The notes under the pieces are model-generated. The model had not been told where the DNA came from and did not search any database. It saw only the letters and a program-made list of their open reading frames with translations. The translations under genes were made by a program, and so were the position numbers. From assembly GCF_054482525.1 (NCBI RefSeq), contig NZ_CM137006.1: a stretch of DNA of 64,000 bases; one strand, 5' to 3'. Below are positions 1 to 11,335 of this stretch, piece after piece; position 1 is the first letter of the stretch, and each line of letters opens with the position of its first letter.

Positions 1-1
1 G

Positions 2-724
2 GTGGGCACTGATATTTTTGTCGTTGGCGAGAACCGCAGCGGCGTGCGCAGCGCAGAACAGATGCTGGCAGATTATGCGCCGTTGAATAAAGTCGACAGC
101 GCCCGTCGCTGTGGCCTCTATTTTGGTCGTCTGGAAAAGCAGCCGGTATTTGATGCCGATAAATTCTGGGGCGAATATAACGTGGATGGCCTGACGGTCA
201 AAACGCTGCCGGGCGTGTTTAGCCGCGACGGTCTGGATGTCGGTAGCCAGTTACTGCTCTCGACGTTAACTCCGCACACGAAAGGTAAAGTGCTGGATGT
301 CGGCTGTGGCGCGGGCGTGCTTTCTGTTGCCTTTGCGCGCCATTCACCGAAAATTCGTCTCACTCTGTGCGATGTCTCTGCGCCAGCGGTAGAAGCCAGC
401 CGCGCAACACTTGCGGCCAACGGTGTTGAAGGTGAAGTCTTTGCCAGTAACGTCTTTTCCGAGGTGAAAGGTCGTTTTGATATGATCATCTCCAACCCGC
501 CGTTCCACGATGGGATGCAAACCAGCCTCGATGCGGCGCAAACGCTGATTCGCGGCGCGGTGCGTCATCTTAATAGCGGCGGCGAGCTGCGAATTGTAGC
601 GAACGCCTTCCTGCCTTATCCGGACGTGCTGGATGAGACATTTGGCTTCCATGAAGTTATCGCACAAACCGGGCGCTTCAAGGTGTATCGCGCCATTATG
701 ACCCGCCAGGCGAAGAAAGGTTGA
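2..724 (+). CDS. rsmC: 16S rRNA m2G1207 methyltransferase, C-terminal 240 aa (5' end outside window)
   Basis: ORF open from window edge; SAM-methyltransferase motifs ([17 protein letters not shown]); sits next to the leu tRNA cluster as in K-12. Confidence 0.85.
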   Translation: MGTDIFVVGENRSGVRSAEQMLADYAPLNKVDSARRCGLYFGRLEKQPVFDADKFWGEYNVDGLTVKTLPGVFSRDGLDVGSQLLLSTLTPHTKGKVLDVGCGAGVLSVAFARHSPKIRLTLCDVSAPAVEASRATLAANGVEGEVFASNVFSEVKGRFDMIISNPPFHDGMQTSLDAAQTLIRGAVRHLNSGGELRIVANAFLPYPDVLDETFGFHEVIAQTGRFKVYRAIMTRQAKKG

Positions 725-854
725 GTATCTGATATCTGTCGCCGCATACCGTGTCGGATGCGGCGTACACGCCTTCTCTGACCGACAAACGAATTATCCA
801 CAATTCGCTGATGGACATTTTTCCAGCAATTACACCTCCGGCGATAATTAACTA

Positions 855-882
855 TTGACGAAAAGCTGAAAACCACTAGAAT
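855..882 (+). promoter_or_regulatory. sigma70 promoter candidate for the tRNA-Leu operon (TTGACG, 16-bp spacer, TAGAAT, GC-rich discriminator)
   Basis: TTGACG at 855-860 and TAGAAT at 877-882, AT-rich upstream, GCGCC discriminator, about 40 bp upstream of first tRNA. Confidence 0.55.
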
Positions 883-923
883 GCGCCTCCGTGGTAGCAA
901 TTCTTTTTAAGAATTGATGGTAT

Positions 924-1010
924 GCGAAGGTGGCGGAATTGGTAGACGCGCTAGCTTCAGGTGTTAGTGTCCTTACGGACGTGGGGGTTCAAGTCCCCCC
1001 CCTCGCACCA
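924..1010 (+). tRNA. leuQ: tRNA-Leu (anticodon CAG), 87 nt with encoded CCA
   Basis: GCGAAGGTGGCGGAATTGGTAGACGCG...GGTTCAAGTCCCCCCCCTCGCACCA; long variable arm typical of tRNA-Leu; symbol assigned by order in operon from memory. Confidence 0.9.
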
Positions 1011-1038
1011 AAAACCACGTTGATATTGCTCGCACTGG

Positions 1039-1125
1039 GCGAAGGTGGCGGAATTGGTAGACGCGCTAGCTTCAGGTGTTAGTGTTCTTACGGACGTGGG
1101 GGTTCAAGTCCCCCCCCTCGCACCA
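1039..1125 (+). tRNA. leuP: tRNA-Leu (anticodon CAG), 87 nt, single-base variant (GTTCTT vs GTCCTT in variable arm)
   Basis: Second tandem copy, identical except one nucleotide. Confidence 0.9.
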
Positions 1126-1159
1126 AACGAGGCGATATCAAAAAAAGTAAGATGACTGT

Positions 1160-1246
1160 GCGAAGGTGGCGGAATTGGTAGACGCGCTAGCTTCAGGTGT
1201 TAGTGTCCTTACGGACGTGGGGGTTCAAGTCCCCCCCCTCGCACCA
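1160..1246 (+). tRNA. leuV: tRNA-Leu (anticodon CAG), 87 nt
   Basis: Third tandem copy, identical to first. Confidence 0.9.
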
Positions 1247-1284
1247 ATTATCTTTACTTCCTTTCTTGTTGCTTCCCTGTTTTA

Positions 1285-1521
1285 TCATCCCTGCTTCAAA
1301 TTCATTATCATCAGCATGATGCCAGCAATAAGCGCCAGGCACGATGGCAGCAAAACGTAATGCCGCAACTGTTTGTGATACAGCATCACCGGCGTCAATA
1401 CTAATCCCATCAGAATGATAATCCGCCATTGATCCGGCGATAAATCCGCATACATCAGCCCTGCAATCAGCAATCCCGGCAGCAACACTCCCCAGCCACT
1501 GCCCAGCGTACGTTGCAACAT
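1285..1521 (-). CDS. yjjZ: small hydrophobic membrane protein, 78 aa (internal Met of a 115-aa ORF)
   Basis: ORF 1285..1632 minus; 78-aa version from Met at 1521 matches remembered length of K-12 YjjZ; hydrophobic; Fur-box-like sequence just upstream. Confidence 0.55.
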   Translation of the reverse strand: MLQRTLGSGWGVLLPGLLIAGLMYADLSPDQWRIIILMGLVLTPVMLYHKQLRHYVLLPSCLALIAGIMLMIMNLKQG

Positions 1522-1539
1522 GGTTTCATCTCTTTCATT

Positions 1540-1560
1540 GATAATGATAACTAATATCAT
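1540..1560. promoter_or_regulatory. Fur box candidate (GATAATGATAAC...)
   Basis: tGATAATGATAACtAATATCAT resembles Fur consensus GATAATGATAATCATTATC; lies in divergent yjjZ/fhuF promoter region. Confidence 0.5.
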
Positions 1561-1628
1561 ATGATAATTTTTATCATTTGCAAGCCAGAGAAATCCCTTG
1601 CTATCGGGTAAACCTATCGCTAGGATTA

Positions 1629-1643
1629 GCAATCATTATCATT
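1629..1643. promoter_or_regulatory. Fur box candidate upstream of fhuF
   Basis: GCAATCATTATCATT, about 20 bp upstream of fhuF ATG; fhuF is a classical Fur-repressed gene. Confidence 0.5.
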
Positions 1644-1661
1644 TAGATTACTATCCCGATT

Positions 1662-2450
1662 ATGGCCTATCGTTCCGCACCGCTCTATGAAGATGTTATC
1701 TGGCGAACGCATCTCCAGCCGCAGGATGCTGGGCTTGCACAAGCCATACGGGCGACGATCGCCGAACATCGTGAACATTTGCTCGAGTTTATCCGCCTGG
1801 ATGAACCCGCTCCGCTTAACGCCATGACGCTGGCGCAATGGTCATCAACGAATGCGCTAAGTTCTCTACTCGCGGTCTATTCCGATCATATCTATCGCAA
1901 CCAACCAACGATGATCCGCGAGAACAAACCGCTGATCTCACTATGGGCGCAATGGTATATCGGCCTGATGGTGCCACCGTTAATGTTGGCGCTGCTGACG
2001 CAGGAAAAAGCATTAGATGTGTCGCCGGAACATTTCCACGTTAAGTTTCACGAAACCGGACGCGCCGCCTGTTTCTGGGTCGATGTGTGTGAAGATAAAA
2101 ACGCAACACTACATTCGCCGCAGCAGCGAATGGAAACGTTAATCAGTCAGGCGCTGGTTCCGGTAGTGCAGGCATTAGAAGCAACGGGAGAGATCAACGG
2201 CAAACTTATCTGGAGCAATACCGGTTATTTGATCAACTGGTATCTGACTGAGATGAAACAGCTGCTTGGCGAGGCGACGGTTGAATCGCTGCGCCATGCC
2301 CTCTTTTTTGAGAAAATGCTCACGAACGGTGAAGATAATCCACTCTGGCGTACCGTGGTACTGCGCGACGGCCTGCTGGTGCGCCGCACTTGCTGCCAGC
2401 GTTATCGCTTACCGGATGTGCAGCAATGTGGCGATTGTACGCTGAAATGA
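1662..2450 (+). CDS. fhuF: ferric-siderophore reductase, 2Fe-2S protein
   Basis: 262 aa; C-terminal CC-x10-C-x2-C motif (CCQRYRLPDVQQCGDC). Confidence 0.9.
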   Translation: MAYRSAPLYEDVIWRTHLQPQDAGLAQAIRATIAEHREHLLEFIRLDEPAPLNAMTLAQWSSTNALSSLLAVYSDHIYRNQPTMIRENKPLISLWAQWYIGLMVPPLMLALLTQEKALDVSPEHFHVKFHETGRAACFWVDVCEDKNATLHSPQQRMETLISQALVPVVQALEATGEINGKLIWSNTGYLINWYLTEMKQLLGEATVESLRHALFFEKMLTNGEDNPLWRTVVLRDGLLVRRTCCQRYRLPDVQQCGDCTLK

Positions 2451-2487
2451 AAGCACTGCCGGGGAAGTAAACCCGGCATCATGCGGA

Positions 2488-3165
2488 TTAATAGGGATGC
2501 AACACATTACTTGCTTCGCAATGCCGCATACATAACAGAATATCTGCGGCCTCCAACAACCCTGCATCAGAACTGACGCCCAGTTTCGACATCACATTAA
2601 ATTTATGTGCACGGATCGTTTTGATATTGCGTTTAAGCTGCTCGGCAATTTGTGTCATTGAGTAGCCACGCGACATAAAGCGCAATATTTCTCTCTCCGT
2701 CGGGCTTAGCGTTCGGCTTTGATTAATGTACCACTGATTGTTCAGTCGGTCGGTCGCCTGACGTACACCATTTAATGACAAAAAGAGTTCCTGATGAAAA
2801 ATCTCCAGCGTTGACGCTTTACTTAATACACCGTCCAACGGTGATGGCGACAATGAACCAATCAGCCGAGCTTCAATATCATCATCCGCAATAACTAAAC
2901 GCCGGGTACGCGGAAACTTAATCGCCAGTTCAGTCAGGCAAGATAATCCCTCTCTGCGCTCACTTCTCATGGCAGAAAAAGAAAAAATGACCGCCGCAAA
3001 CGAGATCCGCGACATGGCATCCTGAAATGACTCCTGACTGGTATAGGTATGGAGCTTATAAGGGTTACCCGCAAACTTTCTGAATAAACTCTCAATACCG
3101 ATACTACTCATGACGCATTTTTCTATGAGTGCGACATTTCTCTTCTTAATTCGGCTGTGTTCCAT
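2488..3165 (-). CDS. bglJ: LuxR/FixJ-type transcriptional regulator
   Basis: 225 aa; C-terminal LuxR HTH ([36 protein letters not shown]); overlaps yjjQ 3' end. Confidence 0.85.
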
Positions 3166-3848
3166 TCTGCGGCATCTCCATAAACAGAAGGCAAGTTAAG
3201 TTCTCTTGCACCCTGCGCGCTATTTATCCATGCATACATTTCAGCGTTGCTGTGAATTGCCAGTCGACGCATCGCACTGTTTTTTTGGGCGCTGATAGTT
3301 TTATTACTTTTCTTAAGCAATGAAGCTATCTGGTTGATGCCCCATCCTTTACCTAATAGCCGCAGCACTTTGCGCTCTGAAAGAGTGAGAATGACGGAGC
3401 GATAGCTAAAATCATGAGTTTCAGTCATTGCCGGAGAGGTCAGCATGGCGCTGATACGCTCTGCGTGCGTATTGCCGGAACGTACGGTCTTGACCAGATT
3501 CTCAATGGGTTCAACATCAGACAATAACGTCGCCGTAGGGCACATGAGCAATTCTACTGCCTGGGAATACCAGGAGCGTGACACCATGAAAACCCAGTGA
3601 ATTTCCCGATATTGCGAGATTAAAGAATAATAATGTTCACAAACAGAACGTGGATCTTCACTTTCACCGGCTAAATCAGCAATGACTAATCCGGAACGAC
3701 GTAATTGTAATAAGGTAAGGTCCTCCGCAGAGGCGCTGGATATTATTTCATATTCAGGGAAGTGAGTCCTCATGACCTCTTTTAACCCTGCTTGCATAAC
3801 AGGTATTTTACTGATAACAATTCCATTTTTGCAGCATCCTGGCAACAT
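3123..3848 (-). CDS. yjjQ: LuxR-type transcriptional regulator
   Basis: 241 aa; LuxR HTH ([34 protein letters not shown]); upstream of and overlapping bglJ. Confidence 0.85.
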
Positions 3849-4466
3849 ATTTCCTCCACATCCACTGTCTAAAAATTATGATGGTTTATTCAGGATATTC
3901 ATTCCTTAAATGTTTCCAGCAAATTAATAGATTAAGCGAATAAATTATCCTTAGCATTCACTTTCATATCAGCATACTCCTGCTGCACAACAACTCCACT
4001 GCATGTGTCAGAAGGTTAGCATCAAATGATAACCTAGTGAAATAGCCTGGAGACATTTAAAATATCTACATTAAGTTGTTAGAAATACTTAATGAAAAAC
4101 AGAATTCTCATTCATTTAATTTATAATTAACTGATATCCCTTCCAGTAGAATGCAAAATCACACAATCAATATTTATTCAATAAAATCTGATAGTTTTAA
4201 CTTGTAAAAAATAAAAAACGCGCCCAGTTATCTTTTATCCTGATTCGTAAAGGCTAAACAATAAATTCATTATAGTGATAATATTCATGTGATAATTTGT
4301 TTGCGGCGAGAGATAATTCGCTTTTTATCACCGAGCTTCTCCCGATAACCAGGATTAATCAGCGCAATTTTGATCTTAACCTACCGCAAAACAACCGTGC
4401 TTCATGATACAAATGGATTCTCATTATCTGAACAATACGCAGCACGTCTATGACAAAGGGCGAGTT

Positions 4467-5237
4467 ATGCAAACTGAGCAACAGCGAGCCGTAACACGGC
4501 TTTGTATCCAGTGTGGATTATTTCTTTTGCAACATGGTGCCGAAAGCGCGTTGGTTGATGAGCTTTCCTCACGACTGGGTCGGGCGTTGGGAATGGACAG
4601 CGTCGAAAGTTCTATCTCTTCGAACGCCATAGTGCTGACAACCATTAAAGATGGGCAATGCCTGACATCGACACGAAAAAATCACGATCGCGGCATTAAT
4701 ATGCATGTGGTGACTGAAGTCCAGCACATTGTGATTCTGGCGGAGCATCATCTGCTGGATTACAAAGGTGTAGAGAAACGATTTAGCCAAATTCAGCCAT
4801 TACGTTACCCGAGATGGCTGGTAGCCTTAATGGTCGGCCTTTCTTGCGCCTGTTTCTGTAAACTCAATAAAGGTGGCTGGGATGGTGCCGTCATCACCTT
4901 CTTTGCCAGTACGGTCGCGATGTATATCCGCCAGCTGCTGGCACAACGTCATCTTCATCCACAGATCAACTTTTGCCTCACCGCTTTCGCCGCCACCACC
5001 ATTTCCGGTTTGCTTTTGCAACTTCCCACTTTCAGCAATACACCCACTATCGCGATGGCCGCCAGCGTTCTGCTGCTGGTGCCGGGTTTTCCGTTGATTA
5101 ATGCCGTCGCCGATATGTTTAAAGGCCACATCAATACCGGACTGGCACGCTGGGCGATCGCCAGTCTGCTGACACTGGCTACCTGCGTCGGCGTGGTGAT
5201 GGCACTGACGATTTGGGGGCTACGCGGATGGGTGTGA
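4467..5237 (+). CDS. yjjP: ThrE-family exporter subunit (inner membrane)
   Basis: ORF opens at 4404; start taken at Met 4467 (256 aa) from memory of K-12 length; hydrophobic C-terminal half; overlaps yjjB. Confidence 0.75.
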
Positions 5238-5701
5238 TCGAATTTCTGTTAGCGTTGGCGCAGGATATGATCCTCGCCGCCATTCCTGCGGTCGGCTTTG
5301 CGATGGTGTTCAACGTTCCCGTGCGGGCGTTACGCTGGTGTGCGCTGCTTGGCTCGATAGGTCATGGTTCCCGAATGATCTTAATGACCAGCGGGCTGAA
5401 TATTGAGTGGTCAACTTTTATGGCTTCTATGCTGGTCGGCACCATTGGTATTCAATGGTCGCGCTGGTATCTGGCGCATCCGAAAGTGTTTACCGTGGCG
5501 GCTGTTATTCCTATGTTCCCTGGCATATCGGCTTATACCGCAATGATTTCGGCGGTAAAAATCAGCCAGCTAGGTTACAGCGAACCGTTGATGATTACCC
5601 TGTTAACCAACTTTCTTACAGCTTCATCAATTGTTGGTGCGTTATCCATCGGTCTTTCCATTCCTGGATTATGGTTGTACCGCAAGCGCCCTCGCGTATA
5701 A
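5228..5701 (+). CDS. yjjB: ThrE-family exporter subunit (membrane)
   Basis: 157 aa, multi-pass hydrophobic; overlaps yjjP stop. Confidence 0.75.
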
Positions 5702-5807
5702 AATTGCCTCGCTTAAGCACACGGATGAGAGACAGCCTCCTCTCCTCCGTGTGTTACTATAAAAGTTATCTCCCTTCTCGTTCATCGTTCCATATTTGAG
5801 AAACAGT

Positions 5808-6347
5808 ATGTCTTCCAGAGTTTTGACCCCGGACGTCGTTGGTATTGACGCCCTGGTACACGATCACCAAACCGTTCTGGCAAAAGCTGAAGGCGGTGTG
5901 GTTGCCGTATTTGCTAACAATGCCCCGGCGTTTTATGCCGTCACGCCTGCACGCCTGGCTGAACTGCTGGCGCTGGAAGAAAAGCTGGCGCGTCCGGGAA
6001 GCGATGTCGCTCTGGACGATCAACTCTATCAGGAACCGCAAGCCGCTCCCGTTGCTGTACCCATGGGGAAATTCGCCATGTATCCGGACTGGCAACCCGA
6101 TGCCGACTTTATCCGCCTGGCGGCGCTATGGGGCGTGGCACTAAGAGAGCCGGTGACCACCGAAGAACTGGCCTCATTCATTGCCTACTGGCAGGCGGAA
6201 GGTAAAGTCTTTCACCATGTGCAGTGGCAACAAAAACTGGCGCGCAGCCTGCAAATCGGCCGTGCCAGCAACGGCGGACTGCCGAAACGAGATGTGAATA
6301 CGGTCAGTGAACCTGACAGCCAAATTCCACCAGGATTCAGAGGGTAA
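5808..6347 (+). CDS. dnaT: primosomal protein DnaT
   Basis: 179 aa from [12 protein letters not shown]; followed 3 bp later by dnaC. Confidence 0.9.
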
Positions 6348-6349
6348 CG

Positions 6350-7087
6350 ATGAAAAACGTTGGCGACCTGATGCAACGCCTGCAAAAAATGATGCCTGCC
6401 CATATCAAACCTGCTTTCAAAACGGGTGAAGAACTACTGGCCTGGCAGAAAGAACAAGGGGCGATCCGCTCCGCCGCTCTCGAACGTGAAAATCGGGCGA
6501 TGAAAATGCAGCGCACCTTTAACCGCTCCGGTATTCGTCCACTGCATCAGAACTGCTCCTTTGAGAACTATCGCGTTGAGTGTGAAGGGCAGATGAATGC
6601 GTTAAGCAAAGCGCGCCAGTATGTCGAAGAGTTTGACGGCAACATCGCCAGCTTCATCTTTTCTGGTAAGCCAGGAACCGGCAAAAACCATCTGGCGGCA
6701 GCAATCTGCAACGAGCTGCTGCTACGCGGTAAATCCGTATTGATCATCACCGTGGCCGATATTATGTCGGCGATGAAAGATACCTTCAGGAATAGCGGTA
6801 CCAGCGAAGAACAACTGCTTAACGATCTGAGCAACGTTGATCTGCTGGTGATCGATGAGATCGGCGTACAGACCGAATCGAAATACGAAAAAGTGATCAT
6901 CAATCAGATCGTCGATCGCCGCTCTTCTTCCAAACGCCCAACCGGGATGCTGACCAACAGTAATATGGAAGAGATGACCAAGTTGCTGGGCGAACGCGTG
7001 ATGGACCGTATGCGCCTGGGTAACAGTTTGTGGGTGATCTTCAACTGGGATAGCTACCGTAGCCGGGTAACGGGTAAAGAGTATTAA
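6350..7087 (+). CDS. dnaC: helicase loader DnaC (AAA+ ATPase)
   Basis: 245 aa; Walker A GKPGTGKNHLAAA, Walker B DLLVIDEIG. Confidence 0.92.
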   Translation: MKNVGDLMQRLQKMMPAHIKPAFKTGEELLAWQKEQGAIRSAALERENRAMKMQRTFNRSGIRPLHQNCSFENYRVECEGQMNALSKARQYVEEFDGNIASFIFSGKPGTGKNHLAAAICNELLLRGKSVLIITVADIMSAMKDTFRNSGTSEEQLLNDLSNVDLLVIDEIGVQTESKYEKVIINQIVDRRSSSKRPTGMLTNSNMEEMTKLLGERVMDRMRLGNSLWVIFNWDSYRSRVTGKEY

Positions 7088-7135
7088 TCCCCGTTTCTGG
7101 CGGTATACTGCGACACAATTCCACCTTGAGTAATG

Positions 7136-7630
7136 ATGATGAAAACTGTTAAACATCTTCTGTGCTGTGCCATTGCCGCCAGCGCATTAATTTCCACCGG
7201 GGTGCATGCTGCGTCCTGGAAAGATGCGCTCTCCAGCGCCGCCAGCGAACTTGGCAACCAAAACAGCACGACACAGGAAGGCGGTTGGTCGCTCGCGTCA
7301 TTAACTAACTTGCTTAGCAGCGGAAACCAGGCCTTAAGCGCAGATAACATGAACAATGCCGCAGGCATTCTGCAATACTGCGCGAAGCAAAAGCTGGCTT
7401 CGGTAACCGATGCCGAAAACATCAAGAATCAGGTACTGGAAAAACTGGGCCTGAACAGTGAAGAGCAAAAAGAAGACACCAATTATCTGGATGGCATTCA
7501 GGGTTTGCTGAAAACCAAAGATGGTCAGCAACTCAATCTGGATAATATTGGAACGACTCCGCTGGCAGAAAAGGTGAAAACCAAAGCCTGCGATCTGGTG
7601 TTAAAGCAGGGGCTGAACTTCATTTCCTGA
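7136..7630 (+). CDS. yjjA: secreted/periplasmic protein of unknown function (signal peptide)
   Basis: 164 aa; N-terminal signal peptide ending VHA-AS. Confidence 0.7.
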   Translation: MMKTVKHLLCCAIAASALISTGVHAASWKDALSSAASELGNQNSTTQEGGWSLASLTNLLSSGNQALSADNMNNAAGILQYCAKQKLASVTDAENIKNQVLEKLGLNSEEQKEDTNYLDGIQGLLKTKDGQQLNLDNIGTTPLAEKVKTKACDLVLKQGLNFIS

Positions 7631-7883
7631 ACCGCGAAACGCCGCGTTTTAGCTGTTACCCGGCTGACGCGGCTCTCTCCTGCCCTTTTCCCTGCTCCTG
7701 GACGGTTTTACCCCTGTAACACGGGAAGCGAACGCGATCAAAAAAGTCTGTTTATAAACTAATTCCTAACAACATCGCATTTTTTTGACACTAGAATTGC
7801 AGCAATATGGCGACGCCATTACATTGTGCTTCTCAAAAAGCTTAAACGTTGGCTAAACGGCCCGGTTTAGTGAGGATCGCCCG

Positions 7884-10175
7884 TTGTCAGAACTACTCTC
7901 TTTCGCCCTTTTTCTCGCCTCTGTGCTGATTTACGCATGGAAAGCGGGACGTAACACCTGGTGGTTTGCAGCCACATTAACGGTGCTGGGGCTATTTGTC
8001 GTTTTAAATATCACCCTGTTTGCCAGCGACTATTTTACTGGCGATGGTATTAACGACGCGGTTCTCTATACCTTAACCAACAGCCTGACCGGTGCTGGCG
8101 TCAGCAAATACATTCTTCCGGGTATCGGCATTGTGCTGGGGCTGACGGCGGTGTTCGGTGCGCTGGGCTGGATCCTGCGCCGTCGTCGTCATCATCCGCA
8201 CCATTTTGGTTACAGCCTGCTGGCGCTCTTACTGGCGCTGGGTTCGGTGGACGCCAGCCCGGCATTTCGTCAGATAACGGAACTGGTGAAGTCCCAGTCA
8301 CGCGACGGCGACCCGGACTTTGCGGCTTATTATAAAGAGCCGTCGAAAACTATCCCTGACCCGAAACTCAACCTGGTTTATATCTACGGCGAAAGTCTCG
8401 AGCGGACCTATTTTGATAACGAAGCTTTCCCGGATCTCACGCCTGAACTGGGCGCGTTGAAAAATGAAGGCCTGGATTTCAGCCACACGCAGCAGCTGCC
8501 GGGAACGGATTACACGATTGCGGGTATGGTGGCTTCTCAGTGCGGCATTCCGCTTTTTGCCCCATTTGAAGGTAACGCCTCCGCTTCTGTTTCCAGCTTC
8601 TTCCCGCAGAACATCTGTCTGGGCGATATCCTGAAAAACTCGGGTTATCAGAACTATTTCGTGCAGGGCGCGAATCTGCGTTTTGCCGGTAAAGATGTGT
8701 TCCTGAAGTCGCATGGCTTCGACCACTTATACGGCTCAGAAGAGCTGAAAAGCGTGGTGGCCGACCCGCACTATCGCAACGACTGGGGATTCTACGACGA
8801 TACCGTTCTCGATGAAGCGTGGAAAAAGTTTGAAGAGCTTTCCCGCTCAGGTCAGCGATTCTCACTGTTTACCCTGACAGTCGATACCCATCACCCGGAT
8901 GGTTTTATCTCGCGTACCTGTAACCGCAAAAAATATGATTTTGACGGTAAGCCGAATCAGTCATTCAGCGCGGTAAGTTGCAGCCAGGAGAATATCGCGA
9001 CGTTTATCAACAAAATCAAAGCGTCACCGTGGTTTAAAGATACTGTTATCGTCGTCTCTTCTGACCATTTAGCGATGAACAACACGGCGTGGAAATACCT
9101 TAATAAGCAGGATCGCAATAACCTGTTTTTTGTCATCCGTGGCGACAAGCCGCAGCAAGAGACGCTGGCAGTGAAGCGTAACACGATGGATAACGGCGCG
9201 ACGGTGCTGGACATTCTCGGTGGCGATAACTATCTCGGACTTGGTCGTAGCAGTTTATCCGGGCAGTCAATGTCAGAAATCTTCCTCAATATCAAAGAGA
9301 AAACATTGGCGTGGAAGCCGGATATCATCCGCCTGTGGAAATTCCCTAAAGAGATGAAAGAGTTCACCATCGACCAGCAGAAAAACATGATTGCCTTCTC
9401 GGGTAGCCATTTCCGTTTGCCGCTGCTGTTGCGGGTTTCAGACAAACGCGTGGAACCGCTGCCGGAAAGCGAATACTCAGCACCGCTGCGTTTCCAGCTG
9501 GCCGATTTCGCTCCACGCGACAATTTCGTCTGGGTTGACCGTTGCTACAAGATGGCACAACTTTGGGCTCCGGAACTGGCACTCTCCACCGACTGGTGTG
9601 TCTCGCAAGGGCAGCTTGGCGGTCAGCAAATTGTTCAGCATGTTGACAAAACAATGTGGAAGGGCAAAACGGCATTTAAAGATACGGTCATCGACATGGC
9701 GCGTTACAAAGGCAATGTCGATACGCTGAAGATTGTTGATAACGATATTCGCTACAAAGCCGACAGTTTCATCTTTAACGTCGCCGGTGCGCCAGAAGAG
9801 GTGAAACAGTTTAGCGGGATTTCCCGTCCGGAGTCGTGGGGCCGCTGGTCCAACGCGCAACTGGGCGACGAAGTAAAAATCGAGTACAAGCATCCGCTGC
9901 CGAAGAAATTTGACCTGGTGATTACCGCCAAAGCATACGGCAATAACGCCAGCCGTCCTATTCCGGTACGCGTAGGCAATGAAGAACAAACTCTTGTGCT
10001 GGGCAATGAAGTGACCACCACCACGCTGCATTTCGATAACCAAACCGATGCCGACACGCTGGTAATTGTGCCGCCGGAACCTGTCTCAACCAACGAAGGG
10101 AATATCCTCGGACACTCGCCGCGTAAACTCGGGATCGGCATGGTGGAAATTAAAGTGGTAGAACGTGAAGGGTAA
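7884..10175 (+). CDS. opgB: phosphoglycerol transferase I (osmoregulated periplasmic glucan biosynthesis), sulfatase-family
   Basis: 763 aa; N-terminal TM helices then sulfatase-like domain; TTG start. Confidence 0.88.
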   Translation: MSELLSFALFLASVLIYAWKAGRNTWWFAATLTVLGLFVVLNITLFASDYFTGDGINDAVLYTLTNSLTGAGVSKYILPGIGIVLGLTAVFGALGWILRRRRHHPHHFGYSLLALLLALGSVDASPAFRQITELVKSQSRDGDPDFAAYYKEPSKTIPDPKLNLVYIYGESLERTYFDNEAFPDLTPELGALKNEGLDFSHTQQLPGTDYTIAGMVASQCGIPLFAPFEGNASASVSSFFPQNICLGDILKNSGYQNYFVQGANLRFAGKDVFLKSHGFDHLYGSEELKSVVADPHYRNDWGFYDDTVLDEAWKKFEELSRSGQRFSLFTLTVDTHHPDGFISRTCNRKKYDFDGKPNQSFSAVSCSQENIATFINKIKASPWFKDTVIVVSSDHLAMNNTAWKYLNKQDRNNLFFVIRGDKPQQETLAVKRNTMDNGATVLDILGGDNYLGLGRSSLSGQSMSEIFLNIKEKTLAWKPDIIRLWKFPKEMKEFTIDQQKNMIAFSGSHFRLPLLLRVSDKRVEPLPESEYSAPLRFQLADFAPRDNFVWVDRCYKMAQLWAPELALSTDWCVSQGQLGGQQIVQHVDKTMWKGKTAFKDTVIDMARYKGNVDTLKIVDNDIRYKADSFIFNVAGAPEEVKQFSGISRPESWGRWSNAQLGDEVKIEYKHPLPKKFDLVITAKAYGNNASRPIPVRVGNEEQTLVLGNEVTTTTLHFDNQTDADTLVIVPPEPVSTNEGNILGHSPRKLGIGMVEIKVVEREG

Positions 10176-10187
10176 TTCCTGACTGAT

Positions 10188-10216
10188 GTGTAGGTCGCAT
10201 AAGGTGCGACCTACAC
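10188..10216. repeat. REP-like perfect palindrome downstream of opgB
   Basis: TGTAGGTCGCAtaagGTGCGACCTACA inverted repeat. Confidence 0.5.
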
Positions 10217-10312
10217 GCCTTCTCCGGCTTACAACACACTATTAAGAAACAAAAAAAACAGCGCCCAACACTTCCCCGGACGCTGCATGGCAACTTTAAT
10301 AATCTCGCCTTA

Positions 10313-11335
10313 TCAGAAAGTAATTACACCCTTAATCAACTCACGATTGTTAATCACATCACGCTCGTAGGTTTCTGCCAGCGTGGCGAACGGGTAGCGA
10401 TGGGTTAACATCATGTCGGCAGTGATTTTCCCTTCCGCCATCAGTCGACCGACTTTAGCGAAATCTTCCGGCGTGGCGTTGCGGCTGCCCATCATCGTCG
10501 TTTCTTTTTTATGGAATTCCGGATCGGAGAACTGCAACTCACCTTTAAACAGGCCGACAAATACCACCGTGCCGCCGTGACGAATCAGATTCACGGTGTT
10601 ATTCATCGCATGTTGATTACCTGTCGCGTCGATCACTTTCTGCGCCAGCGAACCACCAAACTGCGCCCGCAGCTGCGCGTCAAAATCTTCGGCTGACGGG
10701 TCCAGTACAGGTAATTCCAGACGCGTTGCCACATGTTCACGGCGCGCCGGACTGGTATCCGCCACCACCACCTGTGCGCCATCGGCTTTAGCGATTGCCG
10801 CCGCGCCCAGACCGATTGGCCCCGCCCCGACCACCAGCACCTGCTCGCCGGGAGCAATGGCTGCGCGACGCACCGCATGAGCGCTAATAGCGAAAGGTTC
10901 AATCAATGCTGCCGCCTGCGGGTCAATACCATCTGCGGGCAAAATGTTCGCCACCGGCACGCTCAAATACTCACTAAAACCGCCATCCTGATGCACGCCA
11001 ATGACTGAAATTTTTTCACAGCAATTGGTACGCCCGCTTTTACACGCCGGGCATTGCTGACAGGCAACATAAGGGATCACAGCAACTTGCTGACCATTTT
11101 TAAGATCAGCAATATTTTTACCCAGCCCAACAATCTCCCCACATATTTCATGGCCTAAAACCCGTGGATAACTAAAAAATGGTTGATTTCCACCCCAGGC
11201 ATGAATATCGGTACCGCAAATCCCGACAGACTTAATTTTTATTAATGCTTCATTGTCACCCGGAATAGGTATCTCGCGTTGTTTCCAGACTAATTCTTTC
11301 GGCTGCTGGCAAATTAAAACATTCATCGTAGACAT
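10313..11335 (-). CDS. lgoD: L-galactonate 5-dehydrogenase (Zn-dependent medium-chain dehydrogenase)
   Basis: 340 aa from MSTMNVL; GHEICGEIVGLG zinc motif, GAGPIGLGA Rossmann motif. Confidence 0.85.
   Translation of the reverse strand: MSTMNVLICQQPKELVWKQREIPIPGDNEALIKIKSVGICGTDIHAWGGNQPFFSYPRVLGHEICGEIVGLGKNIADLKNGQQVAVIPYVACQQCPACKSGRTNCCEKISVIGVHQDGGFSEYLSVPVANILPADGIDPQAAALIEPFAISAHAVRRAAIAPGEQVLVVGAGPIGLGAAAIAKADGAQVVVADTSPARREHVATRLELPVLDPSAEDFDAQLRAQFGGSLAQKVIDATGNQHAMNNTVNLIRHGGTVVFVGLFKGELQFSDPEFHKKETTMMGSRNATPEDFAKVGRLMAEGKITADMMLTHRYPFATLAETYERDVINNRELIKGVITF

Noticed and set aside
750-790. REP-like sequence after rsmC (GTCGGATGCGGCGTACACGCC)
   Set aside because: Only a partial match to the REP consensus seen elsewhere in the window; dyad symmetry incomplete
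1166-1360. 64-aa ORF on plus strand
   Set aside because: It begins inside the third tRNA-Leu gene and is a translation of tRNA sequence; not a gene
7640-7680. Possible terminator after yjjA (GAAACGCCGCGTTTT)
   Set aside because: Stem is short and imperfect; not confident enough to annotate
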